DNA from: Lama guanicoe | Lineage: Eukaryota | DNA length: 64,000 nucleotides | Direction: 5' to 3' | Assembly (NCBI GenBank): GCA_013239625.1 | Contig: MU053559.1 | Location: forward strand, 2,029,205 to 2,093,204 | Part shown: positions 26,722-39,512 of the stretch, one piece after another | Position numbering within the stretch: position 1 is the first letter of the stretch | Layout of the letters: each line of letters opens with the position of its first letter | Translations under genes and position numbers: made by a program | Notes under the pieces: model-generated | The model's input: the letters and a program-made list of their open reading frames with translations, nothing else | Told to the model about the DNA's origin: nothing | Database searches by the model: none

Positions 26722-27105
26722 GGTATAATTAATTTACAGTGTGTTAATTTCAGTTGTACAGCATAGTGATTAAGTTACACACACATATATCGTCTCTTTT
26801 AATATATATATATATATTCCTTTTCATATTCTTTTTCATTAAAGGCTATTACAAGGTGTTGAAAATTGTTCCCTGTGGTCTACAGTAGGACCTTGTTTAT
26901 CTCTTTTATGTATAGCAGTGTGTATCTACAAATCTGGACCTTGAAATTCATCCCTCCCCACCCTCATCCCCCACTGGTAACTGTAAGTTTGTTTTCTATG
27001 TCTGTGAGTCTGTCTCTGTTTTATAAATAAGTTCATTTGTGTCCTTTTTTTTTAAGATTGGGCATATAAGTGAAATCATAAAAAACTATCATGGTATTTT
27101 TCTTA
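26677..27105 (-). mobile_element. L1 3' end with a (TTTA)n tail
   Basis: (TTTA)n at 26677-26720, then sequence similar to the other lineage-specific L1 3'UTRs in the window. Confidence 0.9.
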
Positions 27106-27149
27106 TGACAGTTCTTCTTAATGGAGTTGACTATTGTCCCTCTGATGGG

Positions 27150-27600
27150 CCTAGGGATACAGGGCATGCCACAACACAGGACATGCCCTCATTGGCAGGA
27201 TCATAGATGTTTTTCAACCTAATATGAAGCGCTATGGAAATATAAAGAAGGTGGCCTCAGTCTGACTGGAGAGTGCAGTGAAGACTTCTTGGAGGAGATG
27301 ACAGTGAGCTAAGTCCTGACGGATTAAGTGAAATTAGTTTGGTGAAGAAATAAGAGAACAGTGTCTCCTCTGGAACAACACAGTTCATGAGGGAATCTCA
27401 AACAGTTCGATGTCACTTAGGCTGGGAGTTGGGTGGTGGGTAGAGAGAGATGACCCTGGTGAAGGAGGTAGGACCCAGTCCTTGAAGGCCTTGTGTGGCA
27501 TGAGGAGCAGGGGATCCATTTTTCTCATAATTTTTAGCACCCAAAAGGTTTTTGGCAAAGCAGTGACTTGACTAGGGTTGCAATAATAGATATTGGAGCT
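27150..27600 (-). mobile_element. Degenerate L2 fragment
   Basis: gaagacttcttggaggagatgacagtgagctaagtcctga...gaaggccttgtgtggcatg is a typical reverse-strand L2 pattern. Confidence 0.65.
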
Positions 27601-28609
27601 GAAGTCAGAGTTTAAGAGATGGGCTCCAAATTATAAAGCCCATTAAAAAATCGGGATGTGGTCCAACTGTTCTGGCCTTGAGTGGGGTCTCTTCCCCATG
27701 CCCCTGCTCTGCCTCTATCCCATGCCCAAGCTTGTACATCCATCTGAGCTTAGGAATGTCTAGAAATGGCTGCCCTCAGAGCATCAGGTATGTTTGCAAA
27801 ATTGGGAAGGAGCTAAACTTTGACAAATCGCCCAAAAGCACATCCCCCAGCATAAAGGCACGAGGGAAATGTTTTCACTGGCTTTCCCTTCTTCAGAATC
27901 ACAGTGGAGCACCTCTTGTTTTGTTCTTCCTCTTTACTTTTTAACTTGCCTTCCTAACATCCCCACATCCTGAGTCCACAATACATGGTGTCACATCTGA
28001 GTCATTGCTCTGTTTTTGGTGGCAATTGCTTGGCCTGACCTTTGCCAATATTAGCAGGGTGGGGAGTTTATCATTATTCTGTTTCAGAGACCTCTTGTTA
28101 CTCTTTATTTCACTTTTTTTTTCACTTCAATCACAATAGGTGTACAAATGCTATTTTTAATCCATAACTCTACCCAACAATTAATGCTTTTCATGTTACT
28201 CTGTCATCCCTCTCCTCTAAGTTTGATAATCCTGGATTTCTCCCAAAGTTCCTGTGATATTTTAAATGCCAGGATTTAATCACATTGCCAGTTCCACAGA
28301 CAAGGTCTACAGTTTTCACAAAAGTGTCTTAGTGTGGCATGGAAATGAATACAGAATTTTCCACATTTCTAATAAATACCTCTTTAGTTTTCTTAATACC
28401 AACTTCACTATATTTCATAGGATAAAGCAATGCAATGATCCTTTCAACATGCCAAAGATGTGAATATGAGTTGGGAAAATGCTGAAATACATAAGATATG
28501 AAGTGTGATATAATAAGGGAACTTAATGAAGGGTGGAATTATTTCTTTACAGGAAGAAATCTTGATATAGCAACTCCTCATATATATCCCACAAAAGATT
28601 TGTGTCTGG

Positions 28610-28930
28610 ACAGTCAGTAAAAAGTGTGAAGAGAACTGTCCTTACCCATTGTCTCCACTTCCTTTCCTCTAATTTCTCTCGAACTACATTTGATTCACCT
28701 TGCCATCCATGCTTTCCAATAAGACGCCTCTTCTTAGGTTCACTACACCCTCCGCGTTGCCAAATTGCTCAATTTTTAGTCATTATCTGACCAGTCTCAT
28801 CCCCAACATCTTCTCTTGGCTTCTAAGGTACTTTTTTCTCCCGTTTCTCCTCCTTCTGCACTGGCAGTTCATTCTCAGTCTCCCACACTGATTCCTGCTT
28901 TTTCTCTAAACTCTACACTAATTGACTTTG
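28610..28930 (+). mobile_element. Degenerate L2 fragment
   Basis: ccattgtctccacttcct...ttgccaaattgctcaatttttagtc...tctcttggcttc. Confidence 0.55.
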
Positions 28931-28939
28931 CTCTTTAGG

Positions 28940-29155
28940 AGACTGCCCTTACACAAGTCCATTCCAAGGCACTGGGAAAAGCCCTAACAATGTGTTCACA
29001 TAGTCATCCAGTTTTGTAGGATTTGCAAAAATTAGGTATCTTAACTGAAAGCACTTAAAACTGCTGGCTATTTTCTGCTCCACTTTCTTTCCCTCCATCA
29101 TACTTTCCTTAGAGTGACGTTGGAGTGACCATGGATAATTTTGGGATCAGGGTAG
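28940..29155. mobile_element. Possible old hAT-type DNA transposon fragment
   Basis: gtgttcacatagtcat...ttttgtaggatttgcaaaaattagg...gttggagtgaccatgg resembles a recalled ancient repeat. Family uncertain. Confidence 0.35.
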
Positions 29156-29156
29156 G

Positions 29157-29263
29157 TCAGAGTAACCTTTCTGTTTCTGCCATTTTCTCAAACCCCTTTA
29201 GCTTAAAACATTCAATCTGCCAAAGTGTCACATTTTGGGGATAGTGAGCCCTGAACCCCATCA
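29157..29263 (-). mobile_element. ERV1-type LTR 5' fragment (MER34-like)
   Basis: Reverse complement begins tgatggggttcagggctcactatccccaaaatgtgacactttggcagattgaatgttttaagctaaagg. Confidence 0.65.
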
Positions 29264-29735
29264 TAGTCAATGAACAGTGTCTCGATTTCAGACTGGAACA
29301 GAATAAAAATAATGAAAAAGCTTTAGACTTATTAGCAAAATGCATAGTTAGAAACATATAACCAATGTATTGAATTGGATGTGTTAACAGGGAGCAAATC
29401 TATTATTCTCCCACCATGGTTGTTCAGAACTATTCTAGTTTATCTCTTCTCTCCTAACTAGATGGTATTTCTAGACAATCCAATAATTTTCAGTTATTCT
29501 CTGACATCAGGAAAGTCACATTTTGGGGCATTACAAAGTCAGGATAAATCAAAACTTCACTTGCTAGTGAGTTGAAAACATCTTCCCATCCGCAAGCTCA
29601 AGCTCATCTCAGGCTCAGAGGTTTAAAATGGGAAAGGAGTGATGCTATGCCTCTTTTTCCTCCTATTCTTCATCCTTTCTTATTTGCTAGCTACCACTTT
29701 GGGTTTCTCTAGGAATTACGTGGGACATTAAATAT

Positions 29736-30110
29736 TGTAGTCCTTACTACGGTTTATCAAATGTTTTCGGTTTTTTTTCCCCTTTCAGGCACATGGTAAA
29801 TTTGCATTTCCCTGGCCCCTTAACAATAGATGTGGCCATGTGATTGGTCTTGCCGAATGAAATGTGAGCAGAACGGATGCGTGTTATTCAGGGTGGAAGC
29901 TTTAAGAACCAATATACAAGTCATAGTATTCCCTTCTCAGTGCTGTGGTTGTCATGGAAGCAGGTGAAACATTGAGATGAAATTTCAATAAGGTCAACCC
30001 ATGTTGAACATGTAGTGTGATGCGAGGAGAAAATAGATATTTATTGTTGTAAAGCTTTGATTGGGGGGATTATTCATCACTACAGAATTACACAGCCTAT
30101 CCTGACACAA
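29736..30110 (+). mobile_element. MaLR solo LTR (MLT1J-like)
   Basis: tgtagtc...gatgtggccatgtgattggtcttgccgaatgaaatgtgagcagaa...ggaagctttaagaacca...cagcctatcctgacaca. Confidence 0.82.
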
Positions 30111-30144
30111 TGTGCATCACACTAATACACTAATACACATTAAA

Positions 30145-30830
30145 ATAACCAAAGATAGAAGAATTGTGAACTTATAGCCACCCAATAACATATTCTTAAG
30201 ATAGAGAAAATTTAAAATATCAAGATTATAAAAATTAAAAAAAATCAATTAAATATCAAGATTATAAAGAGAAATTGAGAAGTCTACAGTCGTCAGGAAA
30301 GAATTTAGCATACCTCTATTGGACAAGGAGGAAAGGTTAGAATTTAAAAACTTTGAACAGAAAAATGAGTAATATGTCTAATAGGTATGTAGGACAGATA
30401 GAAAATACACATTTTTTCCAAGCCTCACATGAAAGATTTATAAAGAATTACCTCATACTAGGTTGCCAAGCAGTATCAGATATTTCAGAGAACCAATATG
30501 ATATAGATAATGTTGGTTTACCATAATGAAACTTAGGTTGGAAATCAGTAATGTAGAGTACATGCAAATGGACACACCCATAAACACCACACACATTTGA
30601 AAACTTCAAATGCATTCCTAACTGACTTATGGATCATTTTGAGAAATACGTAATATTTATGAATAAATAATCATGAAAATATTACCAGTGAAAATCATGA
30701 GCTATCGTAAAAGCAGTACTTAATGTGGACATTAGGTAAAGCTCAATGGTAATATATGGGGTTTATGATATATTATAATTCTATTCATATTTTATGTTTA
30801 GAATAATTAACAGTAACAAATAATTTTTAA
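30145..30830 (+). mobile_element. Highly decayed old L1 fragments
   Basis: ORF2 endonuclease-region-like phrases (gaaaatacacattttttccaagcctcacatgaaag). Confidence 0.55.
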
Positions 30831-31739
30831 GTGAAAACTTTGAATCTAGTTATTGTGAAGGTTTCTTGCAACTAAAATAAATTGAGTAGCTTATAAATAT
30901 GAAAGTTAATTCCTGTCAAAGATCATCAAATGAACAAATTCTTTGATTCTTCCTTAGTTTCTTTGACTCTCCTGTTGTGGTCTGTTGACACATCAAAGAA
31001 TGATAAATAGAAGTGTATCACAATGTATCTTTCTTTGCTTAACAAACATCTTTTAAATGTGCCATAGCTTCCTAAATAGATTACCAATAGTAAACAAGGC
31101 ATTAATCTAAGAATACAAGAGTCAATAGAATCATTAAATACATTTCTTATCACATACCCTGCCAGAATGTGGTCCTACTACAGGGTCTGGCTTAGTCAGA
31201 AGGAAGCATCTGGTCTTTGTTTCCATCTTCTGTATTTTAAAGTAACACAGAAATGTTTTCCCTTCTTCATGAGGTAATTGTGGGTCCTTAATTCGACTTT
31301 ACTGGTCTGTGCCCGTTTTGAGGTGCCAAAAAGTGCTAGATGAGGCTGCCCAAGTTTGATTTACTTGAACTGGGTCTACCCATGACGCCACCCAAACCTG
31401 TAACTGGGATAAGCGCTCATCACCTGTCTTTTCTCTCATTCATCACTAGTTTCTTTTCATCTTGGTCTGGCACTCTCATTTCATCTTGATGATGGAACAA
31501 CTCTAGTGTTCACTGAACGGAATGTCTTCAGAGATGTGTTTGCCCATATGCAGGTTTACAACATAAAAATATGGTATGAATCACAGCTTAGTTTCTTAGG
31601 AAGTTTGAGCAGAATGTTTTCTTATAAGGAAAAGAGATTTGAAGAGACAGTTTGGAAAACAACCTATTGATCCATAAATGTATTTGCTTTTCTATGTACC
31701 TGCCTCATGCTGATTAAAAGTGTGTGTGCAGAGAGATGA

Positions 31740-32325
31740 TAGAAGAAAAAGAGGCAGAATAAGAAATTTCAAAATTCCATCCCTCAATACAAGCAATTGA
31801 AAAACTGGCAAAAAAAATGGACAGAATCAATATTTTTGGAAGTCTGGAAACTAACCAAGAACTTACAACAACCCAGGGAGCACTTATTCAAGAAAAACAG
31901 CTGAATCTTGCTAAATATAGTGAGTCTTGTGGCATTTTAACTTACACTGGTCCCATCTTTTCTCTCCAGCTCAGTCTTGACGAAACGTTAGCAGTCTGCA
32001 TTCCCAGCACCAGTACTGAAGGAGCAGAATGGACGCCATTTACAAAGATTGTCCTTGGTTGATCTGTCTGGCTCAAAAGATTTGTTTTATGTGACCTAAT
32101 TCAGAACTCACCTAGCACTAAAGCCGCTAGCTGGGGGGTTTTGGTCAAAAACATTTACAGGCAAATGTTTTTGTCACTCCTACATGAAGCAATGGATAAC
32201 AGCTGGGGAAACCAATATGCTAACAAAAATGAATGAGAGGAAAGGCTGGGGGTGGGAGCGGTGAGAGACTGGGAAATTGAAAAGTTTCAACATATTCCAG
32301 GAATCTCAAAGGCTCCATGTAAAGC
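31740..32325 (+). mobile_element. Old L1 5'UTR (L1M3/L1M4-type)
   Basis: ctggcaaaaaaaatggacagaatcaatattttggaagtctggaaactaacc...cacttattcaagaaaaacagctgaatc recalled as an old L1 5' region. Confidence 0.6.
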
Positions 32326-32329
32326 TATC

Positions 32330-34548
32330 ACACGGAGAATTTGTCCCTACTGGTACTGCAGATTCTCTTCCACACTGTGTGGACTCAGGCAATCTTACTG
32401 TTTCCCATTTAGCATGTCCAGTTAATATTGCTTGAGGGGCAGATTTATATGCCCTTGTTTTACAATACTGAGTAGGGGAAACATTCCCCATTCAGACACA
32501 GTGTCCATCCCCATAACATAATTGGGTAAAAGAGATGCAGCCACTTCCCAAAGCTTGTTCAAACATTACCAGTTCTCCTACAAAACTTACCTTGATTCCA
32601 TCAACCTTTGCATTCCTAGCTGTAGCTTCTATTAGGACTCCATCAGCAGGTCTTGGTTTTATAATATTAAGTAGGGGATGTATTCCCCAGAATGACATAA
32701 TATTCATTCCCATAAAACATTCAGGTAAAGGAGACACGACCACTTCACATAAAGCTTGTTTCAACATTCCAATTTTCATAATCTTACCAGCTCTCACGTT
32801 TTTATGTTCTCTCAATCTAAATTGTAGCCCACGTTAGGGCTTCACCAGTGGATTTTGGTACCAGAATGTGGTACCAAAATCTTATCAGAGGGTCCTGGAA
32901 ACTTCTCTTTTCCACCCCTCTGAACATTTTATCCATTCTTGTGTAAAACAGTTTGAATCCCCAGCATGGGGTTGAACCAAGGGACCCTGGCCCTTTGGTC
33001 ATTATTTAACTTGATTAATTGCCTTATCACTGCCCCAAGCACAGGCTATAGTTGGTCAAGTTTCTTATCATAATCTCTGCCTTTAGGTTTAAAAAATATC
33101 CAAACTGTGAGAAATAGACTAGACTTATTTGGGGAACGTTAATATTGAGGGACCAGCAAGGGGTCCTTTGGCCCACCCACCCTTAGGTAATGCTGTATGA
33201 AAATTTTTGTTTTAATCCCTTCAATGTCCATTTTTATCATCACATTTCTTAATAACCATCTAAAGATTTCCTCCACTCTGCTGGGAGGAATCCTGTGACT
33301 CTCCCCATTCTGTTTCCTCTTGGGTTTTGCCCCTCTCGATATTTGCTTTATTCATCTATTCCTTAATAACTGTTTAAAAATTTTCACCCTGCTAAGATCA
33401 ATTTCTTGATTCTTTCCTCTGCCTTTCCTTATTCTCTTGTTAATTAACTTATGTTTATTAGCACCTATAAGACCCAGGGTGGGAAGCTGAGACAACAAAT
33501 TCAATAAGGCTTCCCAAACTGTCCTTCAGTTTTGCAACAATCAGGTTATGTGGGCTGCTCATGAAAAAGGGACCTATCTTAACCATAGAATTTCCATTGC
33601 CTGGGTAGTGGGCATATTCAGTTGATGAATATCTCAATCATCATAAAGCTAGTCCCACGTGGTTTGCATGCAAAGCATATCAACTGCTTCATCTGGGGTA
33701 TTCCAGTTGACATTAATAGAGGGAGATGGGGCAAACAGAACTTACAGAGACTTTTATCCAGTCCACCAGGGTGGCTGTTCCCTCTGGAACAACCGCCCAT
33801 GTGTCTGGATCACACATGGCCATCTGTGATTGTTCCATAGCGAACTGAAGATCCTGCATCAGCCCAAACATGCTCTTTCACTCTGCATCATCCAAAACCA
33901 AAGACACAGCCCCCAAATTAGTCATTTTCACACTCCATTTCCAGAAAGATTCCTCAGGAAGCAGATGATATGGATCTACAAAATGAAATAACTCCATCAC
34001 ATTAGATCTTCTGGTTTTAAGTTTCTTGAGTTTTGTCCTCCTCCCACATGGACTACCTTCTGGTCATCAGAGGTGTCAGAAGTACTTTTTGTTATCCCTG
34101 CATAATTTTTCCCTTGAGGGGAGGCTTTGAGGGTAGTGGCTGAAGCTTGGACTTGCTGAAATCTGAGTTTGGTCTAGCATCAGGATCCAACCCAGCATTT
34201 ACTTCTACTTTGAGCTTAGCTATTACAGACAACAATAATGAAGGGATACAATATTTTGCCTTTTTCTTATTGGTTTGCATTTCAATATGCATCAGGGAAC
34301 CAACTCCCCAGGGGCTGGAGCCATCTCTCAATTCCACTGGTAACTTTTTCCAGTAACTGAGTGCAGCATGGCTGCTGCTCCATACCAGGGGTGACCACGT
34401 GGCTGCCCAGGAGTCAAAAATTCCTCTTCCTCCACTCTTTCATCCTTTCTCTTCTCAAATCACATGTTTCCATGAGCCAGGGCCATTCTAGCAAATCCAA
34501 TTTCTCTGACTCCAACTGAGTTGGAAATACTTACCCAGTTTTCCACCT
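32330..34548 (-). mobile_element. ERVL-type internal region (MER21-int-like), decayed gag/protease
   Basis: Directly downstream of the LTR on the - strand. ORF 32492..32815(-) ...ALCEVVVSPLPECFMGMNIM resembles the ERVL protease C-terminus (VVISPVPECIIGIDIL). Confidence 0.75.
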
Positions 34549-35497
34549 GTGTAGGGAAAAACCCAGTTCTAACCCACTATAACTCTTTCACCTGTTTGTC
34601 TCCTTTACTCTTCATAGAAAACACTCACACAGAACACTTTAATTCGGACATTCCTGGTCACCAAATGTGTGGAAGTTCCTCCTCAAACCAAGCAATTTTC
34701 TGTGACACCAGCGAGGTGTCCTACAATTGAACTCAATTCTAATACTATCTACGTGGAAGTATTGTTGGATCCTCACAGTTTAAGGGCTCAATCCCACAAG
34801 ATGTCAGTCGCAAGCCCAGATCATCACCTGTGCTTCTGACCAACCAGCTATAGATCAGAGGTTTCAATGTCCCCCTCCTTGGATTTGATTAATTTGCTAC
34901 AGCAGATCACAGAACTCAGGAAACACTTATTTACACTTACCAGTTTATTAAAAGATATGATAAAGGATACAGATGAACGGCCAGATGAAGAGATACGTAA
35001 AGTGAGGTCTAGGAGAGTCCCAAGTGCAGGAGCTTCTTTCTCTGTGGCTTTAAGGTGTGTCACCATCCTGGTGGGGATGTTTCCCCACATGAAAGCTCTC
35101 CAGATTCTGTACTATTGGGTTTTTCATGGAAGTTTCATCATGTAGGCATGATTGACCATTAACTCCATTTTTCAACTTGTCTGCCTTCTCAAGAGAATAG
35201 GAGGAAGGGCTGAAAATTTCAAGCTTCATGGCTTGGTGTTTTCCGTGACCAGCCCTCATCAAGGAGCCTTCTAGGAGTCCACCTAGAGTCACCTCATCAG
35301 AACAAAAGGCACTCCTATCATCTAGGAAATTACAAGGGTTTCAGGAACTCTGTGTCAGGAACCAGGGTCAAAGACCAAATTTTAGAACAAAAGATGCTCC
35401 TAGTACTTTTATCATTTAGGGCATTACAAGAATTTTGGGAGTTCGGTGCCAGGAACTGAAGGCAGAGACCAATAAATACATTTTCTATTATTTCACA
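34549..35497 (-). mobile_element. MER21-like LTR (5' LTR)
   Basis: Reverse complement begins tgtgaaataatagaaaatgtatttattggtctctgcc...gttcctggcacc and ends ...ttccctaca. Confidence 0.85.
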
Positions 35498-35611
35498 GAA
35501 CTACAAAGTAATCACAGAAGAATTCACAAAATAGTGACAGTAAGTCCTTACCAATCAATCATTACTCTAAATATAAATGTTTAAATTCCCCAATTAAAAA
35601 ACAAAGACTGG

Positions 35612-35758
35612 GGAGGAGGGTATAGCTCAGTAAGCATGAGGCCCTGGGTTCGATCCCCAGTCCCTCCATTAAATAAATAAGTAAGTAAGTAAGTAAGTAA
35701 ATAAATAAATAAATAAATAAAACCTAATTAACTCCCACACCATCCCCCCCATAAAAAA
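35612..35758 (+). mobile_element. tRNA-derived SINE (Vic-1-like) with an internal deletion
   Basis: gagggtatagctcag|taagcatgaggccctgggttcgatcccc, (TAAG/TAAA)n tail and aaacctaatt motif. Confidence 0.9.
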
Positions 35759-37993
35759 GCATACAGTGCTGTATGTCAATTATATCTCAATAAAACTGGA
35801 AGGAAAAAATAAAAAAACAAAGAGTGGCTGAATAGATAAAAAAAATTAGACCCAATTATATACTGAGTGCAAAAGGCTCACTTAAGCTTTAATGACACTC
35901 ATAGGCTGAAAGTAAAAGGATAGAAAATATATGCAAATGGAAAACAAAAGAGAACAGGAATAGCTATGCTTCACAGACTTTAGGCAAAAACAAGAGACAA
36001 AGAAGGTTGTTATATAATGATAAAAGGGATCAATTCATCAAGAGGATATAACAATGGTAAATACATATGCACCCAATATTGGAGCACCTAAACGTATTAA
36101 ACATTATTAACATATCTGAAGGCAAAAATAGATAACAATGCAGTAATAGTAGGAGATTTAAATACTCCATTCTCAGCAATGGATAGGTCATTCAAACAGA
36201 AAATCAATAAGGAAACAATGGATTTGAACTATACTCAGGACCAAATAGACGTAACAGACATACAGAACATTCTGTCCAGTAGCAACAGAATACATATTCT
36301 TCTCAAGCACACAGAGAACATTGTCCAAGACAGATTATGTGCTAGGTTACAAAACAAGTTTTAACAAGCTTAAGAAGATTGAACTCATACCAAGTATTGT
36401 TTCTGACCAGAATGGTATGAAACTAGAAATCAGTAACAGAGGGAAACTGGAAAATTTTTTAAATGTGGAAATCAAACAACATCCTCCCGAACAACCAATG
36501 GGTCAAAGAAGAAATCAAAAGACAAATTTAAAAAGTCTTGAAAAAATTAAACTGAAAACACAACATACCAAAGCTTCTGGAACGCAGCAAAAGCAGTTCT
36601 AAGAGGGAAGATTATAGTGATAAATGCTTACCTTAAGAAAAAAAAAAAAGACTCAAATAAAGAAACCTAACCTTACAACTCAAGGGACTAGAAAATAAAG
36701 AACAAAGTAAGCCCAAAGTTAGCAGAAGGAAAGAAATAATAAAGATTAGAGCAAAAATAAATGAATTAGAGACAAGAAAGACAATAGAAAAATCAACAAA
36801 ACTGAGGGTTTTTTAAAAAAGATAAACAAAACTGACAAACCTTTTGCTAGACTAAGAAAAAAAGGGAGAGGATGCAAATAAATAAAATTATAAATGAAAG
36901 AGGAAACATTACAACTGATATCACAGAAATACAAAGGATCGTAAGAACCTACTATAAAAAAGTATATGTCAACTAATTGGATAATCTAGAATAAATAGAT
37001 AAATTCCAAGAAACATACAATTTGTCAAGACTGAAGCATGAAGACATAGAAATATGAACAGACCAATAATGAGCAAGGAGATTGAATTAATAATCAAAAC
37101 TTCCCAACACAGTAAATCTTAGGACCAGATGGCTTCAGAGCTAAATTCTACAAAAATTTGAGGAAGAATTAATATCAGTTTTTGTCCAACTCTTCCATAA
37201 TTTTGAAGAGGAAGGAATACTTCCAAACTCACTTTACAAGGGCAACATTATCATGCTACTGGAGTCAGACAAGGACACTACAAGAAATGAAAATTACAGG
37301 CCTATATATCTGATGAACATAGATGCAAAAATACTCAACAAAATGCTAGCAAATTAAATTCAAGAGCACAATAAAAGGATCATGCACCATGATCAAATAG
37401 GATTCATCTCCAGGATTAAGATGTTTCAACATGTGCAAATCAATCAGTGCGATACATTAACAAAATGAAAGACAAAAATCATATCATATGATCAGTTCAA
37501 TAGATAAAGAAAAAGCCTTTGATGAAATGCAAACTCCTTTCATGATAAAAACTCTCAACAAATTAGATAACGAAGGGAATGTACCTCAACATAATATAGG
37601 CCATATATGAGACGCCCACAGCTAACATCACATTCAACGGTGAAAAATTAAAAGCCTTTCCTCTAAGATCAAGAACAAGGCAAGGATGCCAACTCTTACC
37701 ATTTCTATTCAATATAGTACTAGAAGACCTAGCCAGAGTAACTGGGCAAGAAAAAGAAATCAAACACATTCAAATCAGATATAAAGAAATAAAATTATCT
37801 TTCTTTGCAGATGACATGATCTTTTATATGGAAAACCCTAAAGACTCGACCAAAAACTGTTAGAACTAATCAACAAATTCAGTAAAGTTGCAGGACACCA
37901 AATTGAGATATTAAAAAAAAGTTAGTTGCCTTTCTATACAGTAAAATAAACTATCTGGAAAAGAAATTAAGAAAGCAGTCCCATTTACAGTAG

Positions 37994-37994
<1 letters not shown>

Positions 37995-38024
<30 letters not shown>

Positions 38025-38025
38025 A
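37995..38025. repeat. (CCACCG)n hexamer repeat
   Basis: Direct reading. Confidence 0.9.
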
Positions 38026-38227
38026 GCAACAACAAAACCTTAGCATTAAATTCAGCCAAGGGGGTAAAAGACCTGTACAATGAAAACTATGACACTGATC
38101 AAAGAAGGTGAAGAAGACACAAGTAAATGGAAAGATATCCTGTGTTCTTGGACTAGAAGAATTAAAGTTGTAAAAATGTCCATACTACAGAAGGCAATAT
38201 ATAGATTCAATACAATCCCTATCAGAA

Positions 38228-38610
38228 TTCCTGAATGACATATGTTGCGCATCTGTCAGATGTATACCTTCTTTGGTGAGGTGCCTGTTCAGATCTTTCG
38301 CCTGTTTTTTAACAGGTTGTTTGTTTTCTTACTGCGGAGTTCAGAGTTCTTTGTATATTTTGGATAAGAGTTTTTCATCATATATATCTTTTGTGATAAT
38401 ATTCTCCCAGTCTGTGTCTTGTCTTCTCATTCTCTTGATGTTGATGGATTTTTGAATCTTGAACCAGCCTCACATTCCCAGGATAAATCCTACTTAGCCA
38501 TGGTATATAAATTTTAAAATATGTTACTCATTACAATTTGCTAATATTTTAAATCTATCTTCATGAGGAATATTAGTCTATATTTTTTCCTTTCTTTACT
38601 TATTTTGTTT
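38228..38610 (-). mobile_element. Inverted block: L1MC-like ORF2 piece (38228-38440) plus older L1 ORF2 piece (38441-38610)
   Basis: Both parts read as L1 on the - strand. See the inversion finding. Confidence 0.8.
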
Positions 38611-39512
38611 GCAAATTAAAACAACAATGAGATACCCCTACATACCTATTAGAATGACCCAAATCCAGAACACTGACAACGCCAAACATTGGTGAGGATG
38701 TGGAGCAACAAGAATTTTCGTTCATTGCTGACAGGAATGCAAAATAGTGCAGCCATTTTGGAAGACAGTTTGGCAGTTTTTTTGCAACTAAACTTACACT
38801 TACCTTACAATCCAGTAATTGGACTCCTTGGTAGCATGAAAATGAGTTGAAAACTTGCATCCACACAAAAATCTGCACACAAACATGTACAGAGACTTTA
38901 TTTATAATCTCCAAGCTTGGAAGCAACCAAGATGTCCTTCAATAGGTGAATACATAAACAAACTGTGATACGTTGGTATAATGGAATATTATTTGACAAT
39001 ATAAAAGAAATGAATTATTAAGACACTTAAGACATGGAGGAACTTAAATGCATATTGCTATATGAAAGAAGCCAATCTGAGAAAGTTACATGCTATATGA
39101 TTCCAACTATGGAATGTTCTGGAAAAGGCCAAACTATGGAGACAGTAAGCAGATCAGTGGTTGCCAGGGCTTGGGGGTAGAGGGAGGGATGATGGTTAGC
39201 TAGCGCACATATGATTTTTAGGGTGTGAAAATACTCTGTATGATTCTGCAGTGGTGGATACATTTCATTATACATTTGTTCAAACCCATTGAGTGTAAAC
39301 CAAGAGTGAACCCTAGAATAAACTATGAACTTTGGGTAATTATAATATGTCAGTGTAGGTTCACAAACTGTAACAAATGTACCACTTTACTGTGAGATGT
39401 TGATGGTGGGGGAAGCTGTGAGTATGTGGGGGTAGGGGACTCTGCACTTCTTAATTTTTCTGTAAACTTAAGACTGCCCTAAAAAGGTTTTTTTTTTAAA
39501 GTTGCCCCCCCC
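38611..39512 (+). mobile_element. L1MC-like ORF2 end plus 3'UTR
   Basis: gcaaattaaaacaacaatgagatacc...ggaatgttctggaaaaggccaaactatggagacag...aacaaatgtaccac. Similar to the element at 893-3232. Confidence 0.9.

Larger units (their letters stand above)
35498..38227 (+). mobile_element. L1 ORF2 (endonuclease plus RT), decayed and 3'-truncated
   Basis: aaatacatatgcacccaatattggagcacc (NTYAPNIGAP), ggagatttaaatactcca, caaggatgccaactc (QGC) and tttgcagatgacatgatc (FADDMI). Many stops and frameshifts. Confidence 0.93.
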
